DNA from: a virus
Virus record (IMG/VR): IMGVR_UViG_3300019889_000011
Strand: one strand, 5' to 3'
DNA length: 64,000 nt
Below are positions 46,879-55,213 of this stretch, piece by piece (within the stretch, counting starts at the first letter, position 1; each line of letters begins with the position of its first letter). The notes under the pieces were generated by a model. That model was not told where the DNA came from, made no database searches, and saw nothing but the letters and a program-made list of their open reading frames with translations. A program made the translations under genes and the position numbers.

Positions 46879-48566
46879 TAGTTGACGCTCCGCAGTCCGG
46901 TGTAAGTGATGGTCTGCGATTCGGCCACCAATGCGCGATTGAGAAGCGTGACTGTCGCCGCAATGCCGTCGATGCGCTTCGACGACTTGAGACGTTCCGG
47001 CTTAGTGGGTTGGCAGTTGTCTTTGCGGTCGTACTGCAATTGCAGACACGCCGCGTGCCAGTTGTAGACAGGGTTATTGCCGTGGCGAATCTTCTTGTCG
47101 AGATACTGAGACAGAATGAATTTTGTTGGGAAGCCAAGCTGCATAAAGTTCTGCTGCACCTCGACGGCGTCGATCCCTTCATCGATCAGCTCCATCGCTT
47201 CGGTACGGAAGTTGCAGCGGTCGAAGGCAAGCTCGCGAAGCTCGAACATCTCCCGGCCCCAGCGGATGCGGTCCTTCACGACGCGGAGGTCTATGGCGTT
47301 GCCGCTGGTCGCCGTGACGAAGCCGCGTCGAACCCAATCAGTGAACGGCAAGCGACAGATGCGCTCCAGCTCCGGGACTCTCTCCTCGGGTACGTAGAAG
47401 AATGGGAGGAAGGTCCACGCGTTGATAGCAGCAGACGGTTCGAAGCCGAACACGACAGCCGTGAAGTCGGTCGTCCATGAAGCGTCAACGCCAACCCAGC
47501 ACGGCTTGTCGAGCAGCCCCCACTTTCGAATCAACAGTTCCACGTCATATTCCGGCCATTCGCGCAGATCGACGTCGCCGCCGCACGCCTGCCATTTGGC
47601 CATGTCGATGATCGGATCTTGCTGCGTGGCAATCGGCATGTTCAGGTGGTAGCGGAGGTACTTGCTGCGCTGTGCTGGCTGTGCCAGCGCCTTGTCCATC
47701 TCGCGGACGATAGACGCATCCTTGAGGAAGCCGCCACGATCCTCGTGGCTCGGGTTGGCGGCAACGCGCGCCTCGCGAGACTTCCAATACTCCGGGTCCG
47801 CTTCGAGCTTCTTCTTGTCAGCCTCCCAGACAGCTGCGTAGAACCCGGGCGACGGCAAGGAGCCGTCGATGACCTTCTTCGCTACCTCATACTCCTGAAA
47901 CCAGAGCGGCGACTCATACTCCGCGCCTGCGGTAGTGATGGCCAGGTCGAGCGGCTCGTCGCGTGAAATCTGCCCCTTGGTCGTGACGTCGTAGAGCGTC
48001 TCTGCCTTTGAACTCTTCCAGCGGTGCATCTCATCGCGGATGAGCAGGCTGGGCCGGATGCCGTCCTGCACGTCGCCGTCAGCCGAGAGCACCTGATAGG
48101 TGCCGCCGCCGTCACGACGAACGATTCGCTTGGTGCTGGGAATCACCTTGAGACGAGCGCGCAGATCGGGATTGGCGCTGACCAGCATCGCCGCCGCTTT
48201 GAAGACGATGCCAGCCTGCTCCTTCGCCGCCGCTGCGCCGTAGGCTTCGGGATTCAACTCTGACTCCATGAGCATGTGATAGATGGGGAGGCCGCCCGTA
48301 AGGAACGACTTGCCGTTCTGTTTACCCGTCGAGATGTAGCCGCGTTGATACTGGCGCTTGCCGTCGTCCGCTTGCACCGTTCCGAAGATGTCGCGGAGCA
48401 CTTTGCGGTGCCAGTCGAGCAGACGATAGCCGAGCGGTGGATAGAGGATCTCCGAGTAGAAGCGTTCGACCTTGCACGCTTTGCACTGCGGTTTGCCGTT
48501 CTGCCGAGTCTCGCACCATGTGTCCGCATCGCAATAAGCGCAGGTGTTTGGCTTGTATTCAGCCAC
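46878..48566 (-). CDS. terL: Terminase large subunit
   Basis: Walker A GKQNGKS, an N-terminal Cys4 zinc ribbon, then an ATPase domain and a nuclease domain. Confidence 0.85.
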   Translation of the reverse strand: MAEYKPNTCAYCDADTWCETRQNGKPQCKACKVERFYSEILYPPLGYRLLDWHRKVLRDIFGTVQADDGKRQYQRGYISTGKQNGKSFLTGGLPIYHMLMESELNPEAYGAAAAKEQAGIVFKAAAMLVSANPDLRARLKVIPSTKRIVRRDGGGTYQVLSADGDVQDGIRPSLLIRDEMHRWKSSKAETLYDVTTKGQISRDEPLDLAITTAGAEYESPLWFQEYEVAKKVIDGSLPSPGFYAAVWEADKKKLEADPEYWKSREARVAANPSHEDRGGFLKDASIVREMDKALAQPAQRSKYLRYHLNMPIATQQDPIIDMAKWQACGGDVDLREWPEYDVELLIRKWGLLDKPCWVGVDASWTTDFTAVVFGFEPSAAINAWTFLPFFYVPEERVPELERICRLPFTDWVRRGFVTATSGNAIDLRVVKDRIRWGREMFELRELAFDRCNFRTEAMELIDEGIDAVEVQQNFMQLGFPTKFILSQYLDKKIRHGNNPVYNWHAACLQLQYDRKDNCQPTKPERLKSSKRIDGIAATVTLLNRALVAESQTITYTGLRSVN

Positions 48567-49071
48567 ACAGCTTCATCTCCAGCGCGTCCATAGCGCCGCC
48601 GTCCGCTGCGGCATCGATGCGTGTCCGCGACGATGGCGTGAGGCCGAACTCCCTGCGTTCGATGATGACGCGGGCTGCAAGGTGACCGACTGAGTTCATC
48701 GCCATGCGTCCGTTCTTCATCGTCAGCAGCATCATGATTTCGCCGTGCTGTAACCGCTTGCCCTGCGCCTTGGCCTCGCGCTTGATGGCGGCGGCCATGC
48801 TCCAGATGCCTTCATAAGCTGAGGCCAACATCGCCTCATCTTCCGCGAGCTGCCAGAGAGCGCGACGATCCACGCGGCGAAGGATTGCTGCGCTGGCCAT
48901 CTCGCAGACCATCTCGTCCCAGACAGCGCTTGCAGCGCGGCTGATCTTCTTCGGCTTCGATGGGATGCCGGGAGCGAACTGCGGCTCGTTCTCGTTGAGC
49001 GGACGGCGTGAAGGATTGCCTTCGATCCGGCGCAGTTCGGTTGGTTTTGGTGCTGGTCCTCTCAGGCCCAC
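48559..49071 (-). CDS. terS: Terminase small subunit, P27 family (GTG start)
   Basis: LRGPAPKPTELRRIEGNPSRRPLNENEP N-terminus with SD AAAGGA before GTG 49071. The upstream ORF-track extension is antisense to the DUF3489 gene. Confidence 0.65.
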   Translation of the reverse strand: MGLRGPAPKPTELRRIEGNPSRRPLNENEPQFAPGIPSKPKKISRAASAVWDEMVCEMASAAILRRVDRRALWQLAEDEAMLASAYEGIWSMAAAIKREAKAQGKRLQHGEIMMLLTMKNGRMAMNSVGHLAARVIIERREFGLTPSSRTRIDAAADGGAMDALEMKLCG

Positions 49072-49160
49072 GCTGATCCTTTGTAGCGCTTTGTCGCGAA
49101 TTGACTTGCAATCATGCCGGATCGGAGCGTTCCTCGTGATGGTTCCAAGGAGGAACGAAC

Positions 49161-49541
49161 ATGACCACCAAGCAGACCAAAGTCGCCACCGCCGCCAAGA
49201 AGTCCACCACCAAGAAGGCCACCACGAAGAACACGCCCAGCAAGACTGCTGCGGCCAAGCCCAAGGCCACGAAACCGGCCAGCGTTCGCGCACAGTCGCC
49301 CACCACGCCGCCCAAGGCAGCAACGGAGGGGAAACCTACCACCCCGCGCAAGGACGGCACCAAGGCTAAAGTCTTGGCGATGATCAGCCAGAAGGGTGGA
49401 GCCACCCTGCCGAAGATCATGGAAGCCACCGGCTGGCAGGCTCACAGCGTCCGTGGCCTGATGGCGACGCTGGGCAAGACGATGAAGATCGAGAGCCTGA
49501 AGAACGAGGCTGGCCAGCGCACGTATATTCATCACGCGTAG
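49161..49541 (+). CDS. Histone H1-like low-complexity protein with DUF3489-like C-terminal domain
   Basis: SD AGGAGG. K/T/A-rich N-terminus (KKSTTKKATTKNTPSKTAAAKPKATKPA), then KVLAMISQKGGATLPKIMEATGWQAHSVRGLMATLGK. Its orientation is opposite to the flanking genes. Confidence 0.5.
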   Translation: MTTKQTKVATAAKKSTTKKATTKNTPSKTAAAKPKATKPASVRAQSPTTPPKAATEGKPTTPRKDGTKAKVLAMISQKGGATLPKIMEATGWQAHSVRGLMATLGKTMKIESLKNEAGQRTYIHHA

Positions 49542-50803
49542 GTTCCAGTCTGTTCGGCAGAGGCGGCAGAGATGCCGCCTTCGCTCGTTCTGGCTGCTTT
49601 CAATTCCTCGAACGTCCTGCCGTCGCCGTCGAGCGTGGCCTGCTTGCCGGTGAAGGTCTGCCAGCGCGTGATGATGACGTCGCAGTAAGCCGGATCAATC
49701 TCCGTGGTACGGCATAGCCGCCCTTCCATCTCGCAGGCAATCAGCGTGGTTCCGGACCCGCCGAACGGGTCGAGGACCACGTCGCCGCCCTTGCTGCTGT
49801 TCGCAATTGGGTATGCCACCAGCGCAACTGGCTTCATCGTCGGGTGCTCTTGGCTTTGCGACGGTCGGTCGAAGTGCCAGAGCGTCGTCTGCTTCCGGTC
49901 CGAGTACCAGCGATGGGCTGCTGTCGCCTTCCAGCCGTACAACACAGGCTCGTGTTGCCACTGGTAGTCCGAACGTCCGAACACCATGGTCTGCTTCGCC
50001 CAGACGCAACACGCGGCCAGATAGAAGCCAGCCTCAAGGTACGCTTTGCGGAAGTTGAGACCCTCGGTATCGGCGTGGAAGATGTAGATGGATGCGCCGT
50101 CGCCCATCGCGTTGAACATGCACCGATAGGCGTTCAGCAGGAAGCCGTAGAAGTCGAGATCGTCTTTCTTGTCGTTCTCGATCTTCAGCGCCTTCTTTGT
50201 CTTGCCGGTGTAGTCGATGTTGTATGGCGGGTCCGTCACCACCAGCGCAGCCGAGCGTCCGTCCATCAGCCGGTCGACATCAGCCTGCTTCGTGGAATCG
50301 CCGCATAGCAGTCGGTGGTTGCCGAGCACCCAGAGGTCTCCAGCCTGCGTGACCGGCGTCGCGGGCACCGCTGGAACTTCGTCCGCGTCCGTGAGGCTGT
50401 CCGTAGACTTCGCCATCAACTCCGCAAGTTCGCTCTCGTCGAATCCGGTCAGGCTCATGTCCATGTCGAGCGCTCTCAGATCCAGCAGCTCCGCGCCGAG
50501 CAGAGCGGAATCCCAATCGGTCTCGTCGTGGCTTCGGTTATCCATGAGCCGGTATGCGCGAACCTGTGTCGGGTTGAGGTCGGTGGCGACGTGAACCGGC
50601 ACCGTCTCCGCGCCCATCCTCTTCGCTGCCAGCAGCCGCGCGTGACCGACGATGATAACGCCTTCGGTATCAACGACGATGGGTTGCCGCCAGCCGAACT
50701 CGCGAATGCTCGCAGCTACCTTGTCGACGGCGGCGTCGCTGATCTTTCGAGCGTTTTGCGGATACGGCGTGGGGCGGCCAATCGGCCAGGATTCAATGTT
50801 CAT
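49532..50803 (-). CDS. ParB-like nuclease domain fused to N6/N4 DNA methyltransferase
   Basis: N-terminal ParB-like region (QPIVVDTEGVIIVGHARLLAA), a central TDPPY motif, and a C-terminal AdoMet site VLDPFGGSGTT. Confidence 0.8.
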   Translation of the reverse strand: MNIESWPIGRPTPYPQNARKISDAAVDKVAASIREFGWRQPIVVDTEGVIIVGHARLLAAKRMGAETVPVHVATDLNPTQVRAYRLMDNRSHDETDWDSALLGAELLDLRALDMDMSLTGFDESELAELMAKSTDSLTDADEVPAVPATPVTQAGDLWVLGNHRLLCGDSTKQADVDRLMDGRSAALVVTDPPYNIDYTGKTKKALKIENDKKDDLDFYGFLLNAYRCMFNAMGDGASIYIFHADTEGLNFRKAYLEAGFYLAACCVWAKQTMVFGRSDYQWQHEPVLYGWKATAAHRWYSDRKQTTLWHFDRPSQSQEHPTMKPVALVAYPIANSSKGGDVVLDPFGGSGTTLIACEMEGRLCRTTEIDPAYCDVIITRWQTFTGKQATLDGDGRTFEELKAARTSEGGISAASAEQTGTYA

Positions 50804-50883
50804 GGAAAAATTCTGTAAACCTGCGAAACTTCACGGAAGAGGTGCGCGTGGTACGAAGCGCAAAGTGACAGGTATTTGATCCG

Positions 50884-50895
50884 CCCCCCTCCCCC
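50884..50895 (-). other. Conserved C-rich motif (cos/pac candidate) shared with 61080-61090
   Basis: CCCCCCTCCCC(C) lies 28 bp downstream of the HNH stop. The same motif lies between HNH2 and TerS2. Confidence 0.35.
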
Positions 50896-50922
50896 TCTGC
50901 CCTCTGGTGGCAAGGGCACGTC

Positions 50923-51390
50923 TCAGTCCAACCTGCTCCGTTTCGATTGAAGATTCGCATTCATTTCGCGCATCGTCTTGGCGCTGTGGCACTCGTTACA
51001 TCTGGTCTTGTAGTTGTCGAGGTCCAGCCGGAGGTCCGGTCTGTCTTGTATCGGTATGTCATGTTCGCCGTGGAGATGGCGTTGACCGAGGCGATAGCGG
51101 TCGCGAAGCTCTCTGAGGATGACGTCCGTTGACGGAGGGTCCAGTCCATAGAGCCGCGCGTCGCGGACGACAGACGGTTCAAAGCCGCAATCAACGCACC
51201 GCCATTCGTCGCGCTGGAAGCAAAGGATGCGCAGTCGTTGATGGTCCTCTGTGTAACCACGCTTCGATGGTGAGCCACGGTGTGAGTCATGTAGTCGTGT
51301 CTTCTTGCTTTGGCAGTCGGGACAACGCGGCCCACTCGCTGCTAGCTTGTTACAACCGGGAGTTGAACAGGACCGCTTCGGGAGCCTCAT
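50923..51390 (-). CDS. HNH endonuclease (terminase-associated)
   Basis: Cys4 zinc ribbon plus DHDIPIQDRPDL...NYKTRCNECH. Paralog of 61184-61621. Confidence 0.7.
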   Translation of the reverse strand: MRLPKRSCSTPGCNKLAASGPRCPDCQSKKTRLHDSHRGSPSKRGYTEDHQRLRILCFQRDEWRCVDCGFEPSVVRDARLYGLDPPSTDVILRELRDRYRLGQRHLHGEHDIPIQDRPDLRLDLDNYKTRCNECHSAKTMREMNANLQSKRSRLD

Positions 51391-51401
51391 ATGGTTCGGT
51401 G

Positions 51402-51683
51402 CTAACCCTTCGCTTGAATGGTGAGGTTCACGTTCTGGTAAGCGCCTGCTTTGGTGTTCCAATCGCTGAAGCCCATGTGACCATTGGCAGAGACGACCAC
51501 TGATCCATCTGGATCGAACGTATCCAGACACTGAACAATCGTTCCGTGAACCAGCCTCACCGTTTCCTTCTCACCTTCGTCCGCGAGACCAGCAGGCGCG
51601 TCTGACAAGGGATAAGAGAACTGGCGGTCAAGCTCCACCTTCACGTCTTCGATCTTGCCGCTTGCACTAACGCTCCAGCTCAT
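51402..51683 (-). CDS. Hypothetical protein
   Basis: ORF only. Confidence 0.3.
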   Translation of the reverse strand: MSWSVSASGKIEDVKVELDRQFSYPLSDAPAGLADEGEKETVRLVHGTIVQCLDTFDPDGSVVVSANGHMGFSDWNTKAGAYQNVNLTIQAKG

Positions 51684-51719
51684 AACTTCCTTCCTTCTCT
51701 CCCGCTTGGGAGGGGGTCT

Positions 51720-52061
51720 CTACTGTTCGTGCAGCTTGGACGGGTCGATGAGCTTCTGTGCGTCCGCGTCCGCGATGGCCACGTTGGTGATCATCTCGGT
51801 CAGCAGCTCAGCCCACTCGGTGAAGCGCGGGTCGATGGTCGTGTCGTTCTTCACTGCCGCAATGATGGGGAGCAGGTCTTGCAGAACGGTGACGGTCTCG
51901 TCCGATGCCGTGCCACGGTTGCGGAGGTCTTCGATGAGGCTCAGCACAGCAGGCGTCAGCCCGCTGACGAGGCTGGCGATGCTGGCGGGCACGTTGACAC
52001 CGAACGTACCGAGCAGGGCGGAGAGGAGAGTAAGTGCTAATCCGGGGAGCTGTTCAATCAT
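51720..52061 (-). CDS. Membrane protein with N-terminal TM (i-spanin candidate)
   Basis: N-terminal hydrophobic LALTLLSALLGTFGV then a helical body; adjacent to the lipoprotein and lysozyme genes. Confidence 0.3.
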   Translation of the reverse strand: MIEQLPGLALTLLSALLGTFGVNVPASIASLVSGLTPAVLSLIEDLRNRGTASDETVTVLQDLLPIIAAVKNDTTIDPRFTEWAELLTEMITNVAIADADAQKLIDPSKLHEQ

Positions 52062-52489
52062 GGCTTGACTCCAATCGTTTCAACAGGCGGGATAGGCGCA
52101 CCATCACTGAGCGCAGTGGTGTACTTCGATTGCATCGTGTCGTAGCTGCCCTTCAGAGCGTCGGCGTCGGCCTGCGTAGCAGCCGTGGCCTTGTGATAAG
52201 CGTCCCACAGACGATGTGTGGTGTTGTATGCCTGCGCGAGGCTGTCCATGCCGGTCACCATTGCGGGGGTTGGGTGGAAGCTTCCGTCCGCAACCTTGCC
52301 CTTGTAAGTTTCGAGCACGGCCTGAATGTCGCGGAGGCCGCGATATACCTGCGCGTCGAGCGCGCTAGTCTGGCCCGGGACAGGAGCGGTGACAGTCTGG
52401 TGAGTGGCGCAACCGGTCGTGCAGCCTGTCAGCAGTCCCATTGAGCCGACGACGAGTGCGATTGCGAGGATGATGCGCTTCATAATCAT
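52058..52489 (-). CDS. Lipoprotein (o-spanin candidate)
   Basis: MIMKRIILAIALVVGSMGLLTGC lipobox. Overlaps the lysozyme gene end by 4 nt. Confidence 0.4.
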   Translation of the reverse strand: MIMKRIILAIALVVGSMGLLTGCTTGCATHQTVTAPVPGQTSALDAQVYRGLRDIQAVLETYKGKVADGSFHPTPAMVTGMDSLAQAYNTTHRLWDAYHKATAATQADADALKGSYDTMQSKYTTALSDGAPIPPVETIGVKP

Positions 52490-53058
52490 GTTTGCTCCCT
52501 TGCAGTGTTGCCTGCCAAAAGAAACTGTTCCTTGGTCCACGCGTTCCGCTCCTCCGATGGACCGATACGGTGACACTCCAAGCTGGCTGCCTCCCATCGC
52601 TGGAGTTTGACCAGCTGACAGAACTTCGGGAAGTTCAGCCGCAGCTTCGTAACGCCGAGATTGAAACACATATCAATCAATGCGATCTTGGCCGGGGCCG
52701 GGTAATCGTGGAAGTCTGGGAAGAGCGACGCGAGGTCACTCACGCATTCCGACATCGTCTTCCGCAGGGCTTCGTCGATATCTTCATCCGCGAGCAGGAG
52801 TGAATCTGAACGCCGGTATGCCTTGGCGCTGTATCCCGGCGTCATCTGCTGGACGCGGGTGAACTCGGCGATGATCTCAGCATCGTCCGCGAACTCGGCG
52901 TTGGGACGACGGAAGCGATAGTCGAGCGCAGCTTCTGCGTTCGGGATCATCTCGCCGACGCCAACCGTTACCGTTGCCTGCTTGTTCGTGTCGAGATACA
53001 TCCAATGAATGCGGCCTTCAAAACTGGCGGTGGCTGCGACCGCATCATCGAGATACAT
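52486..53058 (-). CDS. Endolysin, T4-type lysozyme (GH24-like)
   Basis: SFEGRIHWMYLDTNKQATVTVGVGE parallels T4L [21 protein letters not shown] (catalytic Glu). ALIDMCFNLG...LQRWEAA parallels T4L ALINMVFQMG...QQKRWDEAA. Confidence 0.75.
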   Translation of the reverse strand: MYLDDAVAATASFEGRIHWMYLDTNKQATVTVGVGEMIPNAEAALDYRFRRPNAEFADDAEIIAEFTRVQQMTPGYSAKAYRRSDSLLLADEDIDEALRKTMSECVSDLASLFPDFHDYPAPAKIALIDMCFNLGVTKLRLNFPKFCQLVKLQRWEAASLECHRIGPSEERNAWTKEQFLLAGNTAREQT

Positions 53059-53062
53059 GGTT

Positions 53063-53470
53063 TTATTTGCCGTCCGTTGGTACGGGTGCGTCGCCTTGTC
53101 GGCGGTCCGTTGTCGCTTGCCTGCGGTCCTGCGTTGCTACACGCCTGTCCAGCATTCCTTGCAGATAACCGGCTGGCGGCGGTGCGATTAGCGCGCGATA
53201 CGCTGTGGTCTGGAACGCCCACTGCTCCACCCCACGCACAAGCGCGTGGTAGATGTTGACTGAAGTGAGGCCGCTGATGGTGAGCGTGCCCTGGCTCCAC
53301 GTCACAAAGATGCCGACGCCTGTCAGGAACGCGATGATGGCAGAAACCCAATAGTTGAGCGTCTCGGTCTCGACAGTAAGCCAAGGGAAGAATCGGCTCT
53401 TTTTCAGCCATTGCATGACGAAGCTGACGAGGATCGCCGTTGTCGCTTGTGCGCCTAGTTCGCTGCTCAT
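53063..53470 (-). CDS. Holin candidate
   Basis: Two to three TM helices (TTAILVSFVMQWL, WVSAIIAFLTGVGIFVTW) and a charged C-terminus, directly upstream of the lysozyme. Confidence 0.45.
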   Translation of the reverse strand: MSSELGAQATTAILVSFVMQWLKKSRFFPWLTVETETLNYWVSAIIAFLTGVGIFVTWSQGTLTISGLTSVNIYHALVRGVEQWAFQTTAYRALIAPPPAGYLQGMLDRRVATQDRRQATTDRRQGDAPVPTDGK

Positions 53471-53543
53471 TTGGAGTGGGGAGGGTGGTTGCAGTGAAAC
53501 TGGACCGGGCAGCCATGCAAAGGTCGCCCGGTCCGATCCGGGA

Positions 53544-53753
53544 CTAGAGAGGGCTGGTCTCCGTGTTGGCGGTGACCGCAGCTGCCAAGCTGTCCGAAGA
53601 TATCTTCAGCTGTTCAGAAAGGGCGGTGACTTCTGCGGCGGTGGGGCTGTCCGCAAGCTTCGCGGCGATGCCCTGAATGAGGGTGATAGCGGAAACCTCA
53701 ACCGAGGTGCTGGCTGCTACCTGTGCTTCGAGAGCGTCAAATTCTGTCGACAT
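53544..53753 (-). CDS. Small hypothetical protein
   Basis: ORF only. Confidence 0.3.
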   Translation of the reverse strand: MSTEFDALEAQVAASTSVEVSAITLIQGIAAKLADSPTAAEVTALSEQLKISSDSLAAAVTANTETSPL

Positions 53754-53773
53754 TTGGAGTTGTCTCCTGCGGG

Positions 53774-53986
53774 TTAGAGTTGCGTTGATGATTGGCCCTG
53801 CGCAATGACCTCACGCAACGACGTTTCTGATCTCTTCAATCGCGCTGTGAGCTGAGCAAGCTGTTCAGCGTCAACGGATCTCTGTGCAAGCAGTTCGATG
53901 ATGTGATCCAGCTTCGATACGACGGCGTGAAACTGTTCGCGGTCCAGCCCGATAGTGACATTGATTGAAGACTCCAAAGAAGCCAT
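53774..53986 (-). CDS. Small hypothetical protein
   Basis: ORF only. Confidence 0.3.
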   Translation of the reverse strand: MASLESSINVTIGLDREQFHAVVSKLDHIIELLAQRSVDAEQLAQLTARLKRSETSLREVIAQGQSSTQL

Positions 53987-54382
53987 TTATCCCCTTCTGT
54001 GTTGCCGGTGGGAAGACTTGTGACGCTTCAGACGTCGGCACGCAACCCGAGGCGCCTTCATGTCGCCAATCGTCGGCCAGATGCGGACTCGACGACGCGC
54101 CCACAGGATCTCGGAGACACAATCTGCGACTCCTGCGTTGGCGCGGCTATTGGCCGCTGTGAGGCTCGACTGGTCAAACTCCAGCCGAGCAAACACTTCA
54201 GAGGTTTCATGCTTCTGCTGGTCCCGATCGATCAGCCGGAAGGTGTGAGTGCTGGCCTTGATCGCGGAGAGTCGCTCCACAAGCCCGCGTTCGATGTAGC
54301 CGTCCATCTCCGCATAGGTCAGGTGTGCGATCACTTCGTTGTCTCGGTCCAGCAGCACCGCGCGCTTTGCCATGTGGTTCAT
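53987..54382 (-). CDS. First gene of late/leftward operon; basic C-terminal tail (regulator candidate)
   Basis: SD AAAAAGGAAA before the ATG. K/R/H-rich C-terminus. It faces the switch region. Confidence 0.4.
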   Translation of the reverse strand: MNHMAKRAVLLDRDNEVIAHLTYAEMDGYIERGLVERLSAIKASTHTFRLIDRDQQKHETSEVFARLEFDQSSLTAANSRANAGVADCVSEILWARRRVRIWPTIGDMKAPRVACRRLKRHKSSHRQHRRG

Positions 54383-54610
54383 TTTCCTTTTTAGGGTCAG
54401 CGAGGCCCATTGCTCTCGTCACCCGTGTCGCCGATGAGTGCAGCCTGTGGAAATTGCTGCGCGGTATTGACGTTCCCTCTTGACACTCACTCACAACGCC
54501 TAGCGATATGTTCAAGTAGATGCACTATACATCGCGCAAGTCGGAGATAACAACAAGTTACAAATCAAGCTATTTGCACCCAGCGAGTAGGCGTGTTAGT
54601 TTCTTCGAAT

Positions 54611-54637
54611 CCCCGCGAATGACGCGGGGTTTGTTTG
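54611..54637 (+). promoter_or_regulatory. Perfect palindrome CCCCGCG-AATGA-CGCGGGG + TTTGTTTG (terminator-like hairpin or operator)
   Basis: 7-bp inverted repeat with 5-nt spacer followed by a T-run on the plus strand. It lies in the divergent switch region with no plus-strand gene upstream. Confidence 0.4.
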
Positions 54638-54649
54638 TAAGTGCTCGAC

Positions 54650-54750
54650 CTGAGAAGCATTGGAACTATTAGTAAGTATTAGAAGTATTTGTAAGTATGA
54701 GAACGATAAGAACCATAAGAAATATAAGAAGCATTAGAGAGATTAGACAG
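54650..54750. repeat. AT-rich operator/iteron-like repeat array in switch region
   Basis: Repeated GTAAGTAT (x2), ATAAGAA (x3) and AGAAGCATT (x2) units. An ATAAGAAGCATT-type motif also occurs at 24419 and 26200. Confidence 0.45.
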
Positions 54751-54766
54751 AAAAGGAGTGGTCATC

Positions 54767-55213
54767 GTGGGAGCATCGACTGCCGTAATCGACCTGAGCC
54801 GAGTTCCATCGTCCGAGTTGGCGCGGGAGATGAGCCGCCGTTCGCTGCCCGGCCTTGCCGCTCGACGCGTCCTGAAGCCCTGCCAGTTCTGCAAACTGCC
54901 GTTCGGCGTGCGTGACATGCGCAAGCATCTCCACGTGTGCACGTTCAACCCGAACCGGTATGGCGAGCGCGGTGTCCGCGTTTCGAAGCCCTGCCGGTAT
55001 TGCTCCGAACCCATCGCCCGAGGCGAGCGCCGAACCCATACGCGGAACTGCGTTCAGAATCCGAACAAACAATATGCGCCTTGCAACTACTGCGGTGAGC
55101 CCATCGCCAGCGGAACACGACGCGAACACAAGGTCAGGTGCGCGAGCAATCCACGCAACCAGCCAAAGAAGACAGGGGTAAGGAACCGTGGACAGCGAGA
55201 CAATCACGCCTAG
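54767..55213 (+). CDS. C2HC zinc-finger protein (three repeats)
   Basis: CQFCKLPFGVRDMRKHLHVC, CRYCSEPIARGERRTHTRNC, CNYCGEPIASGTRREHKVRC. SD AAGGAG 8 nt before GTG 54767. Confidence 0.5.
   Translation: MGASTAVIDLSRVPSSELAREMSRRSLPGLAARRVLKPCQFCKLPFGVRDMRKHLHVCTFNPNRYGERGVRVSKPCRYCSEPIARGERRTHTRNCVQNPNKQYAPCNYCGEPIASGTRREHKVRCASNPRNQPKKTGVRNRGQRDNHA

Noticed and set aside
49072-49323. Trp-rich N-terminal extension of the TerS ORF (MLPWAAWWATV...)
   Set aside because: It is the reverse complement of the K/T/A-rich DUF3489 gene, so it is a shadow ORF. TerS starts at GTG 49071 with a good SD and the canonical P27 N-terminus.
54601-54640. TTCGAATCC looked like a tRNA T-loop
   Set aside because: Flanking bases cannot form a T-stem or acceptor stem. 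The sequence is a 7-5-7 palindrome followed by a T-run (hairpin or operator).
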